Positions 58,020 through 64,000 of a DNA stretch of 64,000 nt are shown here, piece by piece. Below the pieces are notes generated by a model. That model was not told the DNA's origin and searched no databases. It was given only the letters and a program-made list of their open reading frames with translations. The stretch lies in assembly GCA_963764165.1 (NCBI GenBank), contig CAVXRD010000003.1, forward strand, positions 512,001 to 576,000, given 5' to 3'. The translations under genes were made by a program, and so were the position numbers. Every line of letters starts with the position of its first letter. Positions within the stretch are counted from its first letter, which is position 1. Source of the stretch: an uncultured Verrucomicrobiae bacterium (GTDB lineage Bacteria > Verrucomicrobiota > Verrucomicrobiia > Limisphaerales > Palsa-1400).

Positions 58020-59087
58020 ATGACCCCGCCGCCCTCAACATCACCCACGCCGAAATCCCTCGGCTTTCGCATGCCTGCGGAATGGGAGCCCCACGCTGGC
58101 ACTTGGTTCACCTGGCCCCGGCCCGAAGGCATCAGCTTCCCCGGGAAATACGACACCGTCCCCCCTGTTTACGCGGAGCTAATCCGCCATTTGGTCACAG
58201 TTGAGGACGTGCATATCAATGTATGGAACGAGGAAATGGAGCATTGGGTGCGTGGCCTCCTCACTGGCGAGCACGTGCCGCTGGAACGCGTCCAATTTCA
58301 TCATTTCCCCGCTTACGAGCCGTGGTGCCGGGATCACGGCCCAATTTTTCTGGTCAAAGGCGACGACAGTCATCGTGAACGCGCGGTGGTCGATTGGGAT
58401 TACAACGCGTGGGGCGGCAAATACCCGCCCTTCGATCTCGACGACGCCATTCCACAGCACGTTGCGAAGTTTTATAACCTTCCCCTATTCTCTCCCGGCA
58501 TCATCCTCGAAGGCGGCTCCATCGAGGTGAATGGCCACGGCACCGTCCTAACCACAACTTCGTGCCTGCTGAACCCGAATCGAAATCCGGCGCTCAGCCA
58601 GCACTCCATTGAAACGTATCTTTGCGATTATCTCGGCGTGAATCAGGTTTTGTGGCTGGTCGACGGAATTGTCGGCGATGATACCGACGGCCACATTGAT
58701 GATCTGGCGCGCTTTCTCAATCCAACGACGATTGCGGTGGTCACAGAACAAAATCGGCACGACGCAAATTTCGAGCCGTTGAAGGAGAACTTGGAGCGAT
58801 TGCGATTGATGAAGGATGCCGAGGGGCGAAGCTTCCGAATCGTCGAACTGCCCATGCCCGGGTTGATCGAATACGACGGCCAGCGGCTTCCGGCAAGTTA
58901 TGCGAATTTCTACATCGCGAATGGAATGGTGCTGGTCCCCACCTTCCGTGACAAAATGGACCGTGAGGCACTGGCGATCTTGCAGCGGGAATTTCCAAAT
59001 CGCCAGGTTATAGGCGTGGACTCAACTGAATTGATCTGGGGGCTTGGCTCGTTCCACTGCATCTCGCAACAGGAACCGCTGGGCTAA
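58020..59087 (+). CDS. aguA: Agmatine deiminase / PPAD family protein
   Basis: MPAEWEPH; W.RDHGP; LEGGSI; DTDGHIDD; ASYANF; GSFHCISQQ. Confidence 0.9.
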   Translation: MTPPPSTSPTPKSLGFRMPAEWEPHAGTWFTWPRPEGISFPGKYDTVPPVYAELIRHLVTVEDVHINVWNEEMEHWVRGLLTGEHVPLERVQFHHFPAYEPWCRDHGPIFLVKGDDSHRERAVVDWDYNAWGGKYPPFDLDDAIPQHVAKFYNLPLFSPGIILEGGSIEVNGHGTVLTTTSCLLNPNRNPALSQHSIETYLCDYLGVNQVLWLVDGIVGDDTDGHIDDLARFLNPTTIAVVTEQNRHDANFEPLKENLERLRLMKDAEGRSFRIVELPMPGLIEYDGQRLPASYANFYIANGMVLVPTFRDKMDREALAILQREFPNRQVIGVDSTELIWGLGSFHCISQQEPLG

Positions 59088-59098
59088 ACGAACATCCC

Positions 59099-59689
59099 CT
59101 ACTCGTTCAAACCGTAATGGCGGAAAGTGTAGAGCGACCGATCGTTCGGCAATGGAAGCGCCGCAGGCACAACGACCGGATTTGCCAGGATAATGCGCGG
59201 GACTGGGCGCTGGCGCTGTTGTGGAATGAAGTCCAATCCCGCCTGCTGCGCGACTTGCTCAAGGTAGGTCATCATTGGAAGCGAGCTGGCTTCCTTTACC
59301 TCATCCACCGCCAGCAACGCAACCAGCGCGCCCGCGCGGGATTTGCGCCGCGACATCCAAGCGTCCACCCAAGCGCGGAATTCCGGCGTAACTTCATCGG
59401 CTCCGCGCACGGACATGACAATGACATCCGCTATGGCGGCAGCGCCAGCCGCCTTGCGGCGGATGACGGTGCTGGCGAGCGTGCCGATCTCAAACCATGC
59501 GTGCTGAACTCTGTCCTGGCCGGCGAGCCGCGCCGCTTCGCGCAAAACCTCCATCCCCCACTCGCGACCCAAGTCGTCCTGATAGACTGCCGTAATGTTT
59601 AAACTGTAGCTCGCTTCCGATAGCTCACGTTCCACCTCACCGGGGAAAGCCCCTCGGTCCAAAAGCTCAATGACTTTTACACTTTTCAC
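59099..59689 (-). CDS. Hypothetical protein
   Basis: 196-aa ORF with an alpha/beta pattern, ending RHYGLNE; no assignable function. Confidence 0.65.
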   Translation of the reverse strand: MKSVKVIELLDRGAFPGEVERELSEASYSLNITAVYQDDLGREWGMEVLREAARLAGQDRVQHAWFEIGTLASTVIRRKAAGAAAIADVIVMSVRGADEVTPEFRAWVDAWMSRRKSRAGALVALLAVDEVKEASSLPMMTYLEQVAQQAGLDFIPQQRQRPVPRIILANPVVVPAALPLPNDRSLYTFRHYGLNE

Positions 59690-59790
59690 GCAGTGTTTTT
59701 ACAGTGTCATACCTGATGGGATCAGAAAAGTGGGGTGATCACCCTACCAGCGCTGGCACGCGGGTTTCAAAGTGCTTGCAATCGTGCATT

Positions 59791-60537
59791 TTACAACGCC
59801 CCGACAACAGCGTCGACTGCCGCCTGCAACGCCCGAATCCGCATCTCCAAACTGAAGTCGGAAGGCGCCTCCAACGTGTAGCTCTGGCGGGTCTTGTGCG
59901 CTATCAAATACATGGCTTCCGGCCAGTTTGGCCGCTCCGCCGGATCGACGTTCGGGCGGATGATTCCGCCATGGGCGGGCCACGTTTCTATCACAGGCGA
60001 CATGTCCACAGGGCAAACTTTTGCGACTGCGTCAATAATTTTTTCAGCGAGCGAGGGCTTTTTGTCCGGGTTTAGCTCGTAAAGATAAAACCCGCTGGAC
60101 TCCCAATCCTCATGCAGGCAAAGCGAGACGTCGAACCGCGGCTGCAGTTGAATCCACTCCGCGTGCGCACGGCATTCGGCGGAATGGAAGTGGCGATAGT
60201 CACGGTTCAAATCGACACCGCCGGCGTTTTCGCGGCGGTGAAGCTCGAAACCCGCGGGATTGAGGCACGGGCATATGGTTATCGAGATATCCTCTGGCCA
60301 GTGGTCATCTTCTATCAAGCGCAGGGCTGCCATCGGACCGGCCGGTTCGTCACCGTGAATTCCAGTGGAAATGTAAACACGCGCCCGGGAGGGCTCCGCG
60401 ATTCTGTGGTAGGCCAGAAAGGTTCCATCGCGCGCCCAATGTCTTGCCGACGCGGCACTTTCTATATTTGACAGAACACGATGGATGTCGATGAGTTCGC
60501 CGAAGTAGCCGCCAAGATTTTTTCCGAGGCGCTCCAC
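59791..60537 (-). CDS. M14 metallocarboxypeptidase (succinylglutamate desuccinylase-like)
   Basis: GIHGDEPAG; NP.G; R.N..G.DLNRD; LHED; TLE.P. Confidence 0.88.
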   Translation of the reverse strand: MERLGKNLGGYFGELIDIHRVLSNIESAASARHWARDGTFLAYHRIAEPSRARVYISTGIHGDEPAGPMAALRLIEDDHWPEDISITICPCLNPAGFELHRRENAGGVDLNRDYRHFHSAECRAHAEWIQLQPRFDVSLCLHEDWESSGFYLYELNPDKKPSLAEKIIDAVAKVCPVDMSPVIETWPAHGGIIRPNVDPAERPNWPEAMYLIAHKTRQSYTLEAPSDFSLEMRIRALQAAVDAVVGAL

Positions 60538-60543
60538 GGCCGG

Positions 60544-61578
60544 TTACTCGTCTTCGAATCCGTGATCCCAGCGCGGGTCAAGCCCGAGGTCCTTGAGCAT
60601 TTGCAAGTCACGCTCGACAGGCTGATTCAGCGTTGTCAAATAATTCCCGACCATCAGCGCGCTCGCGCCCGCCGCAAACACCATGCTCTGCATGTCCCGC
60701 AAATTAACCGTCCGCCCGCCCGCGATCATGATTTCGCGGCGCGGCAGGATGAATCGGAAACAGGCAATGGTTTTCAGCACTTCCATCGGCGCCAGCGGCT
60801 CGTTGTTTTCAAACGGCGTGCCCTTAATTGGATTGAGTATGTTGATGGGAACGACGCTCGCCCCAATTTCTTTCAACGAAAACGCCAGGTCGCAGCGGTC
60901 TTCGCGCGTTTCGCCCATTCCGAGAATGCCGCCCGAGCAAATCCGAATGCCCGCCGCCTTGAGATACGAGATCGTTTGCAGGCGGTCTTCGTAGGTGTGG
61001 GTCGAGCATGTATTTGGGAAAAAGCGCCGGGAACTCTCGAGATTGTGCCCGTAACACTCCAAGCCCGCTTCCTTCAATCGGTCCGCCACGCGCTGGCTTT
61101 TGATAATGCCGAGCGAGGCGTCAGGCCGGGTCTTGCCGCTGCCGGCCAATTCGCGAATGCGATCGCAAACCTCGTCCAGCATCGGCCCCTCGTTAAGGCC
61201 GCGCCAGGCGGCAACCAATCCGACCGCCGTGACGTTATTGCGACTGGCTTCGTCCGCGGCTTCCTGCACCGGCTCAGGATCGACAAACCCGTAACGCGGC
61301 GACCCAGTCTGGTAATGGGACGATTGCGCGCAAAAACTGCAATTCTCGGAGCAAGCGCCAGCCTTGGCGTTCACGATGGAGCAAAGGTGAATCTTGTTGC
61401 CCTTGAATCGTTCGCGAATGCGGTTCGCCCCCGCCATGAGATCGAAAATATCCGCCGTGCTCTCGAGACTGATCATCCAAAGAGCCTCGTCGCGGGTGAT
61501 TTCGCCGCCTTCGAGCACTCGCGTCATCAGCTCGGAAATCGTTGTGTGCGTCGTTGCGTCAACTGGTTCCACTGTCAT
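60544..61578 (-). CDS. bioB: Biotin synthase
   Basis: CSENCSFCAQS; HNLES; CSGGILGMGE; VPIN; AGGR; GNYLTT. Start is 61578 or 61587. Confidence 0.96.
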   Translation of the reverse strand: MTVEPVDATTHTTISELMTRVLEGGEITRDEALWMISLESTADIFDLMAGANRIRERFKGNKIHLCSIVNAKAGACSENCSFCAQSSHYQTGSPRYGFVDPEPVQEAADEASRNNVTAVGLVAAWRGLNEGPMLDEVCDRIRELAGSGKTRPDASLGIIKSQRVADRLKEAGLECYGHNLESSRRFFPNTCSTHTYEDRLQTISYLKAAGIRICSGGILGMGETREDRCDLAFSLKEIGASVVPINILNPIKGTPFENNEPLAPMEVLKTIACFRFILPRREIMIAGGRTVNLRDMQSMVFAAGASALMVGNYLTTLNQPVERDLQMLKDLGLDPRWDHGFEDE

Positions 61579-61649
61579 GGTTGACATGGTAGCACCGGGG
61601 AAGCGCCAATGGCAAGAAATCTGCGCGAGCTCTTTAGTGACAGCGATGA

Positions 61650-61680
61650 ATGGGACTAATAGGACCTATGGGAGCGGCTC
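61650..61680. repeat. Remnant half of the 9-bp-periodic repeat
   Basis: ATGGGACTA-ATAGGACCT-ATGGGAGCG followed by GCTC. Confidence 0.5.
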
Positions 61681-62626
61681 ACTTGGCCTCAGAAAGCGCC
61701 TTTAACTCTGCGGCGGCGCTTTGGTAGCTGGGATCCTCCGGCGCGCCGGTCGCAACACATTTCGCAAAAAAATCCTTCGCGGCGGCCTTGTCTCCGCCAA
61801 TAAGCCGCACGGTGCCAGCAAGGAAAAAGGCCTCGCGCTTGAGCGCATTGCTCCCATTCTGATCGCCCTCTTCGGCGGCTTTCAGGAAATCGCCTTCGGA
61901 TATTCCCCCGGTTAGAAAAGCGCAAATTTTCGCAATCCAACCCGTCGCCACTCCGCCCGGGCGGAGCGTCAAATACAATGACAAATCCTTGGTGGCGGCG
62001 TCTCTTTGCCCCATTCGCGCCTGCGTCAGCCAAAGGCGGATATGGCCGTAATCCGCCGGGGAATTCATCGCGCAAACCTTGTAGAAATCCGCCAACGCCT
62101 TGTCAAACAAATGCTGATCATAGCGCAGGCAGCCGCGGAAATAATAGGCGCTGGCAAATTGCGGCGTCAATTCGATGGTCTTGTCGAAGTCCGCCAGGGC
62201 AGCGTCCAGTTTGCCTTGAATTTGCTCGACCCGCCCGCGTCCAAAAATCGCCACGTAAGCCGGGCGCCGCTTGATCGACTCGTTGAAATCCGCCAGCGAT
62301 TCTTCAAGATGGCCGGTGAGCTGATTGAGCCGCCCACGCCCAAAATACGCCTCCGCGGAGTCGGCGCTCAGCGCGATGGCTTTTGTGAAATCGGACATGG
62401 CTCCGGCCACGTCGCCGAGATTCTGGCGAACAATGGCGCGGCTGTTGTAGGCTTTGAAATAATTGCTGTTTGCTTCGATGGCCTTGGTGAAGTCCTCCAG
62501 CGCGCCCGGCAAATCGTTGTGGTTTTGCGCCTCGACCCCTTTCACAAAAAGCTGTTCGGCCGGATCGCCGAACGCGGCGGCGACGGCCCAGAAAAGCAAT
62601 ACCACCATGGCGCTGAAGTTCTTCAT
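61679..62626 (-). CDS. Exported TPR-repeat protein (NlpI-like C-terminus)
   Basis: Repeated 'A..DF.KAI.L.P..A.AY..RG' units; signal peptide. Confidence 0.88.
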   Translation of the reverse strand: MKNFSAMVVLLFWAVAAAFGDPAEQLFVKGVEAQNHNDLPGALEDFTKAIEANSNYFKAYNSRAIVRQNLGDVAGAMSDFTKAIALSADSAEAYFGRGRLNQLTGHLEESLADFNESIKRRPAYVAIFGRGRVEQIQGKLDAALADFDKTIELTPQFASAYYFRGCLRYDQHLFDKALADFYKVCAMNSPADYGHIRLWLTQARMGQRDAATKDLSLYLTLRPGGVATGWIAKICAFLTGGISEGDFLKAAEEGDQNGSNALKREAFFLAGTVRLIGGDKAAAKDFFAKCVATGAPEDPSYQSAAAELKALSEAK

Positions 62627-62695
62627 GCCTTTGCCATGAAGATTCCGCTCCAGCGGCCGAAAATCAAAGCTCAAAATCATTTTTCAACAACCTGC

Positions 62696-64000
62696 CTACA
62701 ACCACATCTGCCCAGGAAATTTCTTTTGCAGCGCCGGTTTGAGTTTGGGATACGAGTTGGATTTGAATGAACTCCAATTGCAGGTTGAATCAATCCGCTT
62801 CCCATCCGGGGAACAGAGCCACAATTTAACCGGCAGTTTTCCCTCGCAGATGTGCGGATGTTCCTTCAAGCCGAAACATTCGTGCAATTTCACCTGCAGC
62901 TCGGGAGACACCGGCTCGCCGTCTTCGTCACGGGCTTCCTCCGCGTAGAGGAGCTTCATTTTCCTCCCGTCATGCCACGTGATGTGCAGAGGGGCGAGTT
63001 CGTTCAACCACTCCAATCTATCACGGCCGTAAAAATCCAGAAACGCATCGCGCAACGGCGTCGCCTGGGCCTCGCGGGCGAGCGTCAACCCCCGGAACGC
63101 ATGCGCCAAAAAAGAAGTCACAAAAATTTTGTCAACTACAGGAAGCTCCAATTCCGGCATCAGGGCAGCAGTGAGATTAACGCGCCCGATCATTTGTTTC
63201 AATTCGTGGTTGAACAACGGCAATTCAAAGCAAGGCCGCGCCGCCGCTTCCGCGAGACAGCGACCGGAAGCTGCCGGATCCAATTCCCGCTGGTGCTCGT
63301 GATGAATGAGCAGATCGAGAAAACGCGCCATCTTGACCGCGCTCACTCGCTTGTGAGTCGCGTCAAACAAATGCTCGATTCGGACCATGACCTGGTCAGG
63401 AAACATTTCTTCAATCCATTCCCTTTTTACCGCAGTGGCAAGGCCAAGCAATGTCATGTTTCCGGTTCGACCGGGGACTTCGCGAATGCTGGCGGCGACG
63501 AAAAGTGGCGCATTCTGCACCACGCTCTCGCGCACTAAAGTTCCCGATCTCCCGTCCACCACGTCGCAATCGAGCGTCCCTTGGTCGCGGCGGCGGCAAA
63601 GCTGGTCGATGAATCCCGCGGCAAGACAGCGCGGCAGCGCTTCCTCTTTCGGTTCCGCGCCATCCGCCGAGGCCCGGGCGGCGTGGAGAATTTGCTCGAA
63701 TGTTTGCTGCATCTGGCGCGCGATCTGGGCGTGAATCCCGTAACGCCGGCATCGCTCGACGTTGAAGCCGTTGTTCCTGGCGAACTGGTATGCCCGCATC
63801 AGCGTATAAAAATCCGATTCCGCGCTGGCCTCGAAAAGCTCGCGCGCTTCGGCGATGTGCTGGTCTTCCCGGCGGAGGCGAACCAGCAAATCTCGCCCGC
63901 TCACGAGAGCCGCGCACAAAGCCGCCGCCGGGACGCATTGCCGGCGGAACGCTTCGACGAGCATCCGGGAATACCGCGGGTGCATGGGCAACCGCAGCAT
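62696..64000 (-). CDS. hrpB: ATP-dependent RNA helicase HrpB, C-terminal part (truncated by window edge)
   Basis: LPMHPRYSRML (HA2); SDF; LAP.....DG; L.VKLHECFG..EHP; L.SP; SYP.LK..L..KFP..W. Confidence 0.85.
   Translation of the reverse strand: MLRLPMHPRYSRMLVEAFRRQCVPAAALCAALVSGRDLLVRLRREDQHIAEARELFEASAESDFYTLMRAYQFARNNGFNVERCRRYGIHAQIARQMQQTFEQILHAARASADGAEPKEEALPRCLAAGFIDQLCRRRDQGTLDCDVVDGRSGTLVRESVVQNAPLFVAASIREVPGRTGNMTLLGLATAVKREWIEEMFPDQVMVRIEHLFDATHKRVSAVKMARFLDLLIHHEHQRELDPAASGRCLAEAAARPCFELPLFNHELKQMIGRVNLTAALMPELELPVVDKIFVTSFLAHAFRGLTLAREAQATPLRDAFLDFYGRDRLEWLNELAPLHITWHDGRKMKLLYAEEARDEDGEPVSPELQVKLHECFGLKEHPHICEGKLPVKLWLCSPDGKRIDSTCNWSSFKSNSYPKLKPALQKKFPGQMWL

Noticed and set aside
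59754..59770. Sigma54-like TGGCACG motif
   Set aside because: The -12 element reads TTTC rather than TTGC, and the motif points away from the nearby gene start.

Overview
Chromosomal window from a GC-rich bacterium, most likely Verrucomicrobiota (Pedosphaerales-like). This is inferred from the prepilin/H-X9-DG protein, the secreted proteins ending in a shared Ig-like 'Y/F-F/Y-R' C-terminal domain, and the ribosomal-protein features. Most of the window is housekeeping: addB, coaD-yceD-rpmF-plsX-fabH, tRNA-Asp, accA, manA, hisS, mutS, dacB, a ribosomal cluster from rplB to rplQ, aguA, bioB and hrpB. It also holds secreted proteases and hydrolases, a PepSY/two-component unit and two toxin-antitoxin pairs. 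No transposase, integrase, CRISPR array or prophage is visible. The most unusual signal is a layered set of small non-autonomous repeats. (i) REP-like inverted pairs occur, some enclosing 9-bp-periodic palindromes. (ii) Two MITEs, of 140 bp with a 4-bp target-site duplication (TSD) and 280 bp with an 8-bp TSD, each sit inside such a palindromic repeat. (iii) A ~168-bp palindromic element lies in frame inside addB. Other points: a 1.4-kb integrase-less island at tRNA-Asp, a ribosomal operon that starts at rplB with its own structured leader, a divergent infA, an orphan DGQHR protein, and apparent leaderless or non-SD translation starts. Single-base frameshifts in rplP and rplX suggest consensus errors, so other frameshifts should be treated cautiously. 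All calls come from reading the sequence; no database searches were run.
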